In this document: one piece after another, positions 26,682-36,311 of the stretch | Position numbering within the stretch: position 1 is the stretch's first letter | Layout: each line of letters opens with the position of its first letter | Virus record (IMG/VR): IMGVR_UViG_3300009179_000175 | Span: 42,759-106,758 of that record | Direction: 5' to 3' (one strand) | Length of the DNA: 64,000 nt | From: a virus | Made by a program: the position numbers and the translations under genes | Notes under the pieces: model-generated | Told to the model about the DNA's origin: nothing | Seen by the model: the letters and a program-made list of their open reading frames with translations, nothing else | Database searches by the model: none

Positions 26682-26757
26682 TGGAGCGGGTGAGGGGATT
26701 CGAACCCCTGAGATTCTGCATGGCAAGCAGACGCAATAGCCACTATGCGACACCCGC
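26682..26757 (-). tRNA. tRNA-Gly(GCC)
   Basis: Cloverleaf, CCA. Confidence 0.9.
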
Positions 26758-26772
26758 GTTTCTTTGATTTTC

Positions 26773-26848
26773 TGGTGGGTCGTGTTGGGATTGAACCAAC
26801 TACCTCTTCCATGTCACGGAAGCGCTCTACCATCTGAGCTAACGACCC
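26773..26848 (-). tRNA. tRNA-Val(GAC)
   Basis: Canonical cloverleaf. Confidence 0.95.
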
Positions 26849-26854
26849 CGCGAT

Positions 26855-27127
26855 CTACTTCGTCCAATGAGGGTTGTTGGCAGCTTCGCGCCATACCGTC
26901 CAATAGTTCTTATTATGGTACTCGCCCCAGGCAGCGTTCGGCTTGTCATCCCAAGGCTCGGGAATGATGGACCAGAAAGCCGACAGGCGATTGATGTGGC
27001 GAACCTGATTGGAAGAAATCTCGTTCTCCTCCAACTCATCGAGTACGGCTTCTTCCATCTTACGGCGATTCTGCACCTTCATACGGTGAAGCGAATGAGA
27101 AGGCAAAGCGTGACGAGTTCTGGACAT
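26855..27127 (-). CDS. hypothetical early protein
   Basis: Follows the promoter cassette at 27153. Confidence 0.6.
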   Translation of the reverse strand: MSRTRHALPSHSLHRMKVQNRRKMEEAVLDELEENEISSNQVRHINRLSAFWSIIPEPWDDKPNAAWGEYHNKNYWTVWREAANNPHWTK

Positions 27128-27152
27128 ATCGGTCTCCTTTTCTGTTCTTCCT

Positions 27153-27217
27153 ATGATAGCACATTCGAGCGAAATGTCAAGGGTCTTCCGAAAAAATATT
27201 TTCGCTCGAATGTTACA
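27153..27217 (-). promoter_or_regulatory. sigma70 early promoter cassette
   Basis: TTGACA-N16-TATCAT plus shared upstream tract. Confidence 0.75.
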
Positions 27218-28082
27218 TTCTAACGTTTTTCGGGTTCCAGAATTTCACCCCCGTCCGGAAGAGCGAATACCAGCCTACCATTCCTTCTTAACGGAAAATA
27301 GGTGTCCTCGATTCTCTCGGAGTTGAAATCTATCTTCACGGGAAGACGGGCGCCACTCGTGGTTTTTCGATGATAGATAAACCCCTCTCGTGTATTAGTG
27401 CCCAGCTTTGATGTATGCACACCTTCATTCATAATGTTCTGTCCTCAAATTATTGCCCCAAAGCAGACATAGCCGCCTCCAAATTGGGGAAAGTGAAACG
27501 AGCCATTCCTTGGGTAGCCAACACGCAATCCTTCATGATAGTGATATCGAAACCATTGAAACGGAACATAAGCACCTCCTGACATGGTTGAGACGATCAT
27601 TTTATGAAACGGGTTGCCTCTACAATCAAGATATAGCGATCTGACCAAGCTGCCTTCAGATACTTCTTCTTTATCAAACTCAGCAAAGCCTTTTGAAAAT
27701 CTGACTGCGCCGGTGGTGTCTTGTTTACTGCTCTGTGGTCATTGTAAATCTTACCATAAAGCCAATGGTCGCACCAGGGATTAGCCTCTGCAACCAGAGC
27801 ATCTTGAGCCGTGAAGGGTAGCTTACCGGGCTCCATCTCTTCTTCCGCAGTTTTGGCATTCGCAACCAAATACTTTCTGGCTGTTAAGATAATCAAACGC
27901 TCTAATGGCGATATGGCTCCAGGCATAAAAATGTCCCCTTGGTTGGTCGATGTATCATTGTGCTCTTCGCGCACCATTGCCCAACCCATTCCACCTTGGC
28001 GCATCGTTAGTCGACATATCGATGCGTTATAAAGGGAGCATTATTTAGGTTAATGCGTGTTTTATAGCGCATTACAGGTATT

Positions 28083-28158
28083 TGGTGGAGCTTGTCGGAC
28101 TCGAACCGACCGCCTCCTGCGTGCAAAGCAGGCGCTCTCCCAGATGAGCTAAAGCCCC
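28083..28158 (-). tRNA. tRNA-Ala(TGC)
   Basis: Canonical cloverleaf, G3.U70. Confidence 0.95.
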
Positions 28159-28173
28159 ATATTAGAATAGTAT

Positions 28174-28494
28174 TTATGTTCGATGCTGGTTATCTACGAC
28201 GATGAGTCCGGGATTCTGGTACATGTGAACAACCGTGTTCACTGCCAGCAAATCGGTATCTATCGTACGATTGTCGTGTAGATATTTGAATGCACGGATC
28301 AGCTGTTCCTTATCGAACTCGGTGGGTACGACGATCTTTTCAATCGTGACCCACTTCGGGTTCTTCTCATCGAAGAGCACCAAACCATCGGAGTTAGGCT
28401 CTTCGACGATAGGCTCGTAACCTAGGAAACCGAAGAATCTATCGATAACATGGTACTTGAAATCATACCAAAGATCAATTAGACTCGTCATCAT
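28174..28494 (-). CDS. hypothetical protein
   Basis: 106-aa ORF. Confidence 0.55.
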   Translation of the reverse strand: MMTSLIDLWYDFKYHVIDRFFGFLGYEPIVEEPNSDGLVLFDEKNPKWVTIEKIVVPTEFDKEQLIRAFKYLHDNRTIDTDLLAVNTVVHMYQNPGLIVVDNQHRT

Positions 28495-28742
28495 CCGTCA
28501 TCCTTGCAAACTTTTCATACCAGCCGTCATCTACCGCGATGTTGATGAGGTTCTCTGCCCAAATCTCATTCAGTGAGATGTCTAGTCGAAAGACGAATAC
28601 CTCTTCGCTCGGATGGCTGGGGTTCGGTCTCTTCTTCACATAGGTCACCCTATCGAATTGCATCTTCGACGGTGACCAGTAAAGATACTTGCCACCGATC
28701 TTCAAATCTTTTTCATTTAACATAAATGCGAATCCTTTGGAT

Positions 28743-28818
28743 TGGTGCCGCTAGGAGGAATCGAACCCCCGACCTTCTCATTACAAGTGAGCTGCTCTAC
28801 CATCTGAGCTATGGCGGC
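28743..28818 (-). tRNA. tRNA-Thr(TGT)
   Basis: Canonical cloverleaf. Confidence 0.95.
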
Positions 28819-28820
28819 AA

Positions 28821-29399
28821 TTATAAAATTTCACCCAAGCATCTGAGAACTCGATCCTTCAAATCACTCAAATCGCAATCATTCATAATCGTCTTATCGA
28901 AGTCTCTGATCGGAAGAGGCTGGTTGGAAGCATGATCCGGATTGGCTTCCGGGTTGAAATGGTTGGGTCTGATGATGTGAATCAAAGTACCGCCCAATCG
29001 ATCGAGCCAGTCCATCTCATTCGGAAATCTGACATCTCGTATCACCATACCGCCTTCGCATTCGTGAAAGCGCTTCTCTGCAATTCGAGCCCATAGATCC
29101 GAGCACACCAGCTCGCGTCCCCATTCAGTTCCCAGAGTCTCGAGAAGGTATCTAAGCGATACATCCTTCTCGTCGCTGAGCCAGTTGATCGGCGCGGACT
29201 TCCTTCCTCTATCCTGCCATTCTTTAGACTTGCCATCTATCCCGAAGCCGGCTTTCACCATGTCGTAGATAGGGTCGGCAAACCCATAGCTCTGAAGAGC
29301 GAGATACCTGCATATGATGTCGGCGACCGTGTCCTTGCCGCAGCCGGCGATTTCGTTGGAGCCGGTTCTTCCTGTCAGACCTATTAGAAGCTTTTTCAT
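28821..29399 (-). CDS. deoxynucleoside monophosphate kinase (T4 gp1-like)
   Basis: LIGLTG...GCGKDTVA, GFADPI, RYLLETLGTEWGR...DLW, VIRDVRFPNE. Confidence 0.9.
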   Translation of the reverse strand: MKKLLIGLTGRTGSNEIAGCGKDTVADIICRYLALQSYGFADPIYDMVKAGFGIDGKSKEWQDRGRKSAPINWLSDEKDVSLRYLLETLGTEWGRELVCSDLWARIAEKRFHECEGGMVIRDVRFPNEMDWLDRLGGTLIHIIRPNHFNPEANPDHASNQPLPIRDFDKTIMNDCDLSDLKDRVLRCLGEIL

Positions 29400-29724
29400 T
29401 TTTAGTTTTTTCTCTTTAACTCGAAAACCACCACGATGGCGTCTTCATATTCTCCGTAGTTCTTGCATCGACTGATATCGGCTCCAGCGATAATCATCTC
29501 TTCCAAGTCGATTGGATCGAATGCACTCTGGCCATTAAAATCCAGTTTCAGGTTCCATTTCATTCTGGTATCCAGTACCACTTTCGTCGAACGTACCACT
29601 TCGCAATCAGGCATAATATCGTTCCTCACGTTGTTGAAACTTGGTGCAGGGTCCTGGAATCGAACCAGGTTCTCAAGCTCTTCAGGCTCGCGCTGAATCA
29701 CCAGACTAGCTCACCCTGCTTAAT

Positions 29725-29798
29725 TGGAGCGGGATAGGAGAATCGAACTCCTTTAGCCAGCTTGGAAGGCTGGAGCACAACCAATATGCCAATCCCGC
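29725..29798 (-). tRNA. tRNA-Gly(TCC)
   Basis: Cloverleaf, CCA. Confidence 0.9.
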
Positions 29799-29806
29799 AT
29801 TTCATT

Positions 29807-29881
29807 TGGCATCCCAGGAAGGATTCGAACCCTCGTCGCACGGTTTTGGAGACCGGCATCGTACCGCTAGACCACTGAGAT
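29807..29881 (-). tRNA. tRNA-Trp(CCA)
   Basis: Cloverleaf, loop CT-CCA-AA. Confidence 0.9.
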
Positions 29882-29893
29882 GTTGGTTATTTA

Positions 29894-29967
29894 TGGTAGG
29901 TGCCCAGGGAATCGAACCCTGATCGAAGCCTTAAAAGGGCTATGTTCTACCGTTGAACTAGGCACCC
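29894..29967 (-). tRNA. tRNA-Lys(TTT)
   Basis: Cloverleaf, CCA. Confidence 0.95.
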
Positions 29968-30150
29968 AGTATTCTAATCTTCAATGCTTTCGGACACAAT
30001 CATCATGGTTAGATGAGACAGTGAAAAGCGACTTTCGTCAACCGCATTCCAGTATGCTTCGTTATAGTTTCCGATCGGCAATGGCTGCTAGCAGCATGTA
30101 AAGTAATCTAAGCATCGAATTCTCCTATCGGAAGAATGGTGTTTAAGAGC

Positions 30151-30222
30151 GAAGCCGGGGATTCGAACCCCTACTCAAATCCGGTCGCGACTCCGAACCC
30201 AAGTCCCTAACCTGGGGGCTTC
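30151..30222 (-). pseudogene. tRNA-like element without canonical anticodon loop or CCA
   Basis: GAAGCC/GGCTTC stem, 6-bp D-like arm, 8-nt middle loop, GGGG-TTCGAAT-CCCC. Confidence 0.55.
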
Positions 30223-30231
30223 TATGGTATT

Positions 30232-30307
30232 TGGTGGGCCGTATAGGAATCGAACCTATAACCTTGGGATTAAGAGTCCCCTGCTCTACCAATTGAGCTA
30301 ACAGCCC
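30232..30307 (-). tRNA. tRNA-Lys(CTT)
   Basis: Canonical cloverleaf. Confidence 0.95.
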
Positions 30308-30499
30308 GTGCGTTCTTGCAGAAATCTGATTGCAGCCGTGTATTCAAACATTTGCAGATTTGGAGTCCACTCCCAAATGCGTGATGGGTGATTGTGATGT
30401 CGCATAGTCTCGATAGCCATCTGCCATCCCATCTGTTCGACTAATCGTGCCAGGACGATTCCGGTTACTGTAATCATTTGAGTTACTCATACTCGAATT

Positions 30500-30578
30500 T
30501 GGCGGTCTGTACGGGATTCGAACCCGTGATCTCTGCCTTGACAGGGCAGCGCATTAAGCCGGACTATGCTAACAGACC
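30500..30578 (-). tRNA. tRNA-Asp(GTC)
   Basis: Canonical cloverleaf. Confidence 0.95.
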
Positions 30579-30585
30579 TTGAATT

Positions 30586-30672
30586 TGGTGGGTGCCCGAG
30601 GATTTGAACCTCGAAGGGACGAGCCAACGGATTTACAGTCCGCCCCCGATACCGTTACGGGACTAGACACCC
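30586..30672 (-). tRNA. tRNA-Tyr(GTA)
   Basis: Class II cloverleaf, loop CT-GTA-AA. Confidence 0.9.
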
Positions 30673-30933
30673 AATGAATTTACTTTTAATCAACTCCTCA
30701 TTTCGCCCGGTTGATAACTTGGGGCTCAATTCCGAAGACCTCTCGGACATACTCGACGCCCGTACCTTCGGTCACCTTCATACTCAAAATCGGCGGACGA
30801 TTAGTCCATTTCGGATGGGGAGAAGGACCTTTGAAGTGAATAAAAATCTCGTCGGTCCAGTCTTTAACTTGGAGTACCGTGATGGCATCCACATCCAAAG
30901 TAACCTGCTTCATCTCTTCACCTCATTAGAATT

Positions 30934-31008
30934 TGGCTCCGCCTGCTGGACTCGAACCAGCAACCACCTGATTAACAGTCAGGGACTCTACCATTGAGCT
31001 AAGGCGGA
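30934..31008 (-). tRNA. tRNA-Asn(GTT)
   Basis: Canonical cloverleaf. Confidence 0.95.
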
Positions 31009-31014
31009 ATAGTT

Positions 31015-31089
31015 TGGCGAACCTACCGGGGCTCGAACCCGGATCAACGGAGTGAAAGTCCGCTTGCCTAACCATTAGCATATAGGTTC
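31015..31089 (-). tRNA. tRNA-Glu(TTC)
   Basis: Cloverleaf, CCA. Confidence 0.9.
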
Positions 31090-31095
31090 TATGTT

Positions 31096-31170
31096 TGGTG
31101 AACCTCCGGGGTTACGATCCCCGCTTAGCAGCTTGAGAGGCTGCCGTCCACACCAGCCGACCCGAGGTTC
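31096..31170 (-). tRNA. tRNA-Glu(CTC), atypical T-loop ATCGTAA
   Basis: All stems pair; loop CT-CTC-AA; CCA. Confidence 0.85.
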
Positions 31171-31470
31171 TTAATAAAGTGACGTATACATTCCTGTCTG
31201 CTTCTCGAATAGATTCTGCAAGTCGTGACAGTAGACGTCTTCGTGTTTGGAAACAACGGTTATGCCCTTCTTGCTCACCCTTAAAAATTCAACCGTGTAA
31301 ACATCCGTGGGCTCGAGGTGGATACATACTCCATTGATGTTGTGACAGTTCCGACCGATCTTGAAGGTCAACGCACCCGACCCATAGACAAAGTTTTTCG
31401 CTCCCGTCATCACTTTGAAACCGTTTCCACCGAGTTGAGCAATGATTGTCAACGCCTGCTTCTGGTTCAT
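31171..31470 (-). CDS. conserved phage early protein (AQLGG..F..MTGAK...QTGMYT)
   Basis: Downstream of a promoter cassette; recognisable conserved motif, function unknown. Confidence 0.7.
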   Translation of the reverse strand: MNQKQALTIIAQLGGNGFKVMTGAKNFVYGSGALTFKIGRNCHNINGVCIHLEPTDVYTVEFLRVSKKGITVVSKHEDVYCHDLQNLFEKQTGMYTSLY

Positions 31471-31498
31471 TTTCCGCTCCGGTTTATTTAGTGTGCTT

Positions 31499-31550
31499 AG
31501 TATAACAGGATCATCGAAAAAGTCAAGCCTTTCAGGAAAAAAGTTTTCAC
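31499..31550 (-). promoter_or_regulatory. sigma70 early promoter cassette
   Basis: TTGACT-N16-TATACT. Confidence 0.8.
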
Positions 31551-31567
31551 ATCCAGTTTACAGTGAG

Positions 31568-31642
31568 TGGTGGGCCTTCCAGGGCTCGAACCTGAAACCT
31601 GAGGATTATGAGTCCCCTGCTCTACCTTTGAGCTAAAGGCCC
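31568..31642 (-). tRNA. tRNA(CAT), probably Ile2 (lysidine type)
   Basis: GGGCCTT acceptor and GACTCATAATC arm resemble bacterial tRNA-Ile2. Confidence 0.8.
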
Positions 31643-31654
31643 GGTTGTTCGATA

Positions 31655-31910
31655 AATGCGGGTTACGATTCCCGCGTCGCCTTTCCGTATCGACCGCAAT
31701 CTATACACGCCTCAGATTAGTCAGGATCGGGTTAGTGTTCGGGTGAACCTTACTTACCTGTTATCCCGTCCTCGAGCGAGTTCAAGAAGCCAGCTTAGTT
31801 CCGCAGAACTGCCTCATCTTGCTCGCTTTTACCTCGCCTTCGGGTTTACGAGGGTGCCCGGCTCGGGGGCAGAGGGTGGTATGACTATCCCAGATCATCA
31901 CACCACCCAG
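31655..31910 (-). ncRNA. candidate structured ncRNA (about 255 nt)
   Basis: Intergenic; helices GGGTGGT/ACCACCC, CCTCG/CGAGG, AGCGAG/CTCGCT, AGTTC/GAACT, AATCT/AGATT, GCGGG/CCCGC. Confidence 0.5.
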
Positions 31911-31914
31911 CAAT

Positions 31915-32238
31915 TCAACTGATCAAATCGACCATTTCCGAGCACCAATCGATTACCGATTGATAATCACCTGAAGAATTGTCGATCGCCTTCGAAATCA
32001 ACAAACCGGCTTTCGGGTTATCGGTAATACCCAACTCCTCTTTCAAATCATCAACGAAAAGATTCCAGAGGCGAGTGTTTTCGGCAAAATAGAGATCGCG
32101 GGCTTTGTTGTACTCTTGCTGGTTGAAGAATTTGACTTCCTTCCGCTCGCCCTTACTCGATGTGGCAATTACCACTTCGGTGTAGTCTTCGCGCCGAGGA
32201 ACCTTCATGGTGTTACGGTAAGCATTGACATCGATCAT
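31915..32238 (-). CDS. hypothetical protein
   Basis: Start MIDVN with GAGG RBS. Confidence 0.6.
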   Translation of the reverse strand: MIDVNAYRNTMKVPRREDYTEVVIATSSKGERKEVKFFNQQEYNKARDLYFAENTRLWNLFVDDLKEELGITDNPKAGLLISKAIDNSSGDYQSVIDWCSEMVDLIS

Positions 32239-32318
32239 CTCTTCACCTCTAATGACATCAGTTAAAAGTGGACAGCAGGATGTAAGGACGTGGTCTGTTA
32301 TCCTGCTGTCCGAATCAC

Positions 32319-32657
32319 TTACTTGCTGAACCGAGCAACCAGCGCCTGGCCCTGGGTCGCGTAGAACACCAGCACATTCACCTGGCGCTCCACATACTCG
32401 ACCGCCGCATTGTAGCCGTTCAACCAGACATCGGCACCGGTCTGTCCGAGCTGCTGACGCAGCGCCTTGGGCGCCTGCTTCAGGTAGGGCAGTTTTTCGC
32501 CCATGTTGTGCCGAACGTGCGTGCGGACCTTGGAAGCACCCGCGTTGCGTCCCATCACCCAAACGGTGCGGAGGTAAGCATCGGTGATCTCGGGCATTTC
32601 GATTTTGCCGCGGAGGTCTTCAACGATGTTCAGGAGTTGGGTGGTCATTTCGGTCAT
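32319..32657 (-). CDS. hypothetical early protein
   Basis: Follows a promoter cassette. Confidence 0.65.
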   Translation of the reverse strand: MTEMTTQLLNIVEDLRGKIEMPEITDAYLRTVWVMGRNAGASKVRTHVRHNMGEKLPYLKQAPKALRQQLGQTGADVWLNGYNAAVEYVERQVNVLVFYATQGQALVARFSK

Positions 32658-32695
32658 CTTCGGTCTCCAGTTGGTTTGGCTTACTTGATGTGCTT

Positions 32696-32760
32696 AGTAT
32701 AGCAGACCAGGAGCCGGATGTCAAGCCTTTCAGGAAAAATATTTTCGCGAAGATGTTACA
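32696..32760 (-). promoter_or_regulatory. sigma70 early promoter cassette
   Basis: TTGACA-N17-TATACT; 1 mismatch over about 65 nt versus the copy at 55148. Confidence 0.85.
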
Positions 32761-33496
32761 TGCCGCCGGCGACGATGTCTTCGCGAAATTCGTGCCTGTC
32801 GTTGCGTGAGATGCCGGGGAGCGAAGCGATTAGCCTATCGTATAGAAGCCTGGTTGCCTCGTAAACTTCCTTGCCATCGACGCAGTAAAGCGGACCTTCT
32901 TCCACCATTACCGTGCCTTTGTTGGTTACCATTCTGACGATTACTTCGGTCTTCGTAACCACACGGCATTGGTCATTATCCCACAAAATTACCTTTTGGG
33001 TGTCGACTCGGGTACCCATGTGCTTTTAACCTCATTGGTTTTGAACTTTGAATGTATGATTGCAATTAGGACAGCAAACTTCGATACCCTGTTTGGTATG
33101 GGCTTTCAGAATTTTTCTGAGATTGCGAGACTCCTTCAAAAGAGTCTTCAGTCTGCTACGATTCCTTTCGGATTTGGGTTTGGAAAGAATGGTTTGAATC
33201 TTCTTCTTTTGTGCATGTAGTTTATCTTTCAGAGGCGGAATCAACCCCGTCACTTTGATCGGACTGGCATCGCTTTCGACGAATTCAGCGTCCATTGACT
33301 CGAATAAACTCTTTCATCACCTGGATGGTGCCACTGCAATCGTGAGCTTCTTTAAGGGCTTCGGTTATCTCGGCAACCGGTTTAGGGTGTTTGACACCCG
33401 GACCCAATTTCCTTACCGACTGCCTTAAAACAGCCGAAGTGGTGGCAATCAACTCATAAACATCATCATGATCTTTCACGTTATCACCTCGCAAGG

Positions 33497-33814
33497 TTAG
33501 TTGCATCGATCTTGAATGCTATCTCTTTTGACGTTCTGGTATACATAGGCATCGTATACATAGGCGTCATATAAGTCTTGGGGGTCTGAAGCCGCCCCAC
33601 CTGAAATACAACCGAATCCATTATGCAGCATATCGTCATCATCTTCAGGGATGTCGGGCTCGGTTATAGTCACCATGTCTTTTGGAGAAAAGACGAAGTC
33701 GAGTTTAGGAGTGATTGATTTGGCGGTTCTATCGCCATCCTTAACCAATGATTTACCGCTCCATTCGAACGACTGTCCTAATTCGAGACTACCAAACCTA
33801 ACCTTTGTTTTCAC
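33497..33814 (-). CDS. hypothetical late protein; N-domain shared with 47462-48064
   Basis: KVRFGSLELGQSF; TATAAATA just upstream. Confidence 0.55.
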   Translation of the reverse strand: MKTKVRFGSLELGQSFEWSGKSLVKDGDRTAKSITPKLDFVFSPKDMVTITEPDIPEDDDDMLHNGFGCISGGAASDPQDLYDAYVYDAYVYQNVKRDSIQDRCN

Positions 33815-33844
33815 TGTAATTTCCTCTATTTATAAAGATCTAAA

Positions 33845-33920
33845 TGGCACCCCGAACTGGATTCGAACCAGTGACCGCGCCCTTAGGAGAGGCGCACTCT
33901 GACCTCTGAGTTACCGGGGT
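33845..33920 (-). tRNA. tRNA-Arg(CCT)
   Basis: Canonical cloverleaf. Confidence 0.9.
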
Positions 33921-33926
33921 TTTGAT

Positions 33927-34000
33927 TGGCGCCCCGTAGAGGAGTCGAACCTCTCCCTACAAGTTTAGAAGACTCGTGGCTGGAATCCGCCAGACGGGAC
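33927..34000 (-). tRNA. tRNA-Arg(TCT), atypical D-loop
   Basis: Loop CT-TCT-AA, D-arm GGC-GGATTCCA-GCC, CCA. Confidence 0.8.
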
Positions 34001-34525
34001 TGAAATAGGTGGTGGGTTAGCTTCAACCCAAAAGATGCAGTAAGCGGTCTGCTCGGTGATCATACCAATCTGCGAACACCTCGCTCTCCACATGGGAGGC
34101 TGCTTGCAACGCCCCTCCCATCTAATACATCGCAAACAGATTTGGTTTCTTTCCATCATTGTCACTTTGTTTACCATTCAAACTCGTCTGTTTCCAAGTA
34201 TCTACAGATAAGAGTGCCGCCGAAACCACCGCATTCATTATCTGAAGTAATCAGGTTAGCCTCGATAGTGATCGATTTAATCGGTGCTATTGCTCGTTCG
34301 TGCTTTTTCTTTAAGGTGTGCAGCACGTCTTCTTTAACTTCGGCGTGGTCTCTACCAGATAAAAATGCTATCCTTTTTATGATAACATCTAAAGTTTCTC
34401 CACGCAACCAAGGGTCACCATCCGGAGAATGGTTCACGAGCATCTCAAGAGCGTACAACGGTAAGTTGAAAAGTTCTGTTCCGAGTCTTCCCTGAGCAAA
34501 AAATTTAGCCATCAAAGCACCCCCA

Positions 34526-34840
34526 TTAGAAATAATCGTGTCCGGAATCTCTCTTCACAGGAATCTCGATGAACTCCTCATCGTTACGAAGACAACGAAT
34601 GAGATTCAATCGATTGTCTCTTTTCACTTTCTTGTTTAACGCTTTCCCGAAACCGGAGGGAGGATTCCATTGACCTGGGTGATTGTCTGCATGATACTCG
34701 ACGCACTTACTTCTAACGATCTCTTCATCGGTCAGCCCGGGATTGCGCTCCCTGTACCAATCTCGAAGACCCTCGGTCAATTCGCCCCAGTATTTAGGGA
34801 AAGGAGAAGATGCCTTCTTGCGTCTGTAAGTTCTTGCCAT
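34526..34840 (-). CDS. basic hypothetical protein
   Basis: MARTYRRK start, 104 aa. Confidence 0.6.
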   Translation of the reverse strand: MARTYRRKKASSPFPKYWGELTEGLRDWYRERNPGLTDEEIVRSKCVEYHADNHPGQWNPPSGFGKALNKKVKRDNRLNLIRCLRNDEEFIEIPVKRDSGHDYF

Positions 34841-34913
34841 CGTTTGATACCTCGAATGTTGAAATACACATTCGGGTATCGTAGTTTAGATATAGCATTT
34901 GTCGTCTCCCAAT

Positions 34914-35153
34914 CTAATTAGCGTACTTATTCAATCCCCTCAACTCGTGAGGATCAGTGATGAGCGTATACGAACTCTTGTGCAGAGGCACGACTGTCCA
35001 GCTCTCTCGTTGTCGTATCGCAGCCTTCTCACCGCACTCCAAGCAGACATCGAAACCGAGTCGATACCGCTCCGGAGAAATCGTGTTACCGCATTCGCAC
35101 TCATACATCTTTCTGACACTCCTTATTCGGACAGCCGAGTAGGTTGCGAACAA
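34914..35153 (-). CDS. DksA/TraR-like C4 zinc-finger protein
   Basis: CECGNTISPER..LG...CLECGE. Confidence 0.6.
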   Translation of the reverse strand: MFATYSAVRIRSVRKMYECECGNTISPERYRLGFDVCLECGEKAAIRQRESWTVVPLHKSSYTLITDPHELRGLNKYAN

Positions 35154-35287
35154 TCGATAGACCCTTATCTTTGCCTCGAGTGATTAGCCTGCGCTCGAAA
35201 CCTACTTCAACCAATTCGGTTTTACAATGGCGGCATCGCTGCACTCGAGTTTTGGTATCAGGTGTCTTCATCGTATCTGCCTTAATT

Positions 35288-35361
35288 TGGAGTCCTGGGA
35301 GAGATTTTAACTCCCCTGAGACGGGTTGCAGCCGTCGGCATAGTCACTCTGCCACCAGGAC
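35288..35361 (-). tRNA. tRNA-Cys(GCA), atypical T-loop TTAAAAT
   Basis: Cloverleaf, loop CT-GCA-AC, U73, CCA. Confidence 0.8.
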
Positions 35362-35943
35362 ATTATTTAGAATTCTTAAAACTTTAGCTTTACTATTTTT
35401 AGCCGTACCGTCGGGCAAAAGAGGCTGAACATCATTGTAGCCATCTTCATCATGGACTAATCCGGCTTTCCAGCCCTGTCCGTCGAGTTTAGCGACAACC
35501 GAACTCGCTATCGCCCCCATAGACTTACCGGTAAGAGCGAGAAACTCTTCTTCTTGATCCGTGGCTACTATAGACATCACCAGAGTCTTCGGGAACCAAT
35601 GATTGATCGCTTCGGCGTTGTTCAACCACAACCCTTCGAAGAACTGCTCGACGACTTCGTTTTCCTTTCTGATCTTGAGCGTGATGTTACGGCAGGAGCC
35701 GTGCTTGTTCACTCCCGAGTAGTAATACCACACGACTAAATCGTTGGAGATGGCGAGCAAGTTAAAACCACTGATGTCCATGGTATTTAGAAGAACGTCT
35801 TTCTCTTCCTTTTGTCGAGTTGGAGAACCTGCGATGTCGAAGATCAGGTTGCTCGTTTCGATGCTATCGAAAAGGCAATAAACTACCGGTCTCATCTTAC
35901 TATCGAGGTTCATTCCTACACGGACATCAATGATGGTATTCAT
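35344..35943 (-). CDS. hypothetical protein
   Basis: Start MNTII just after the stop of 35945-36199. Confidence 0.55.
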   Translation of the reverse strand: MNTIIDVRVGMNLDSKMRPVVYCLFDSIETSNLIFDIAGSPTRQKEEKDVLLNTMDISGFNLLAISNDLVVWYYYSGVNKHGSCRNITLKIRKENEVVEQFFEGLWLNNAEAINHWFPKTLVMSIVATDQEEEFLALTGKSMGAIASSVVAKLDGQGWKAGLVHDEDGYNDVQPLLPDGTAKNSKAKVLRILNNVLVAE

Positions 35944-36227
35944 TTCACTTATACACCCTCCAGAAATCGAGGTATTCGACTCGACTCCCGAAGGTCTCGT
36001 ATTGGCGAGCACCGCGCACTTCGTATATGGTGCCACGACCGAGGTATTTGGTATGCGCTTCAGGACTAAACCCGGGATCGCCTCCCGCCAAGCAGCAGCT
36101 ATCGTATTCGACGATACTGCCGTCGTCCAGTTGAGCCTTATTACGAACCACAACATCACCTTGATTCGTTTTTCCAAAAGAATACTGCTTGTTACCCATT
36201 GTGTTACCTCCTACTGATTTGATAAAA

Positions 36228-36303
36228 TGGAGCGGGTGAAGGGAATCAAACCCTCATCTTATGGGTCGGAAGCCTATATGCCTTATCATTAGACCACACC
36301 CGC
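36228..36303 (-). tRNA. tRNA-Gly(TCC), degenerate second copy
   Basis: GCGGGTG/CACCCGC-T-CCA; weak anticodon stem; T-loop TTTGATT. Confidence 0.65.
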
Positions 36304-36311
36304 CACGATAC

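Noticed and set aside
31760-31780. rRNA fragment (GGGATAACAGG resembles 23S domain V)
   Set aside because: Only about 11 nt match and flanks diverge; expected by chance.
33560-33595. Short tandem repeat encoding YDAYVYDAYVY
   Set aside because: A single 15-nt duplication; no evidence of a larger system.
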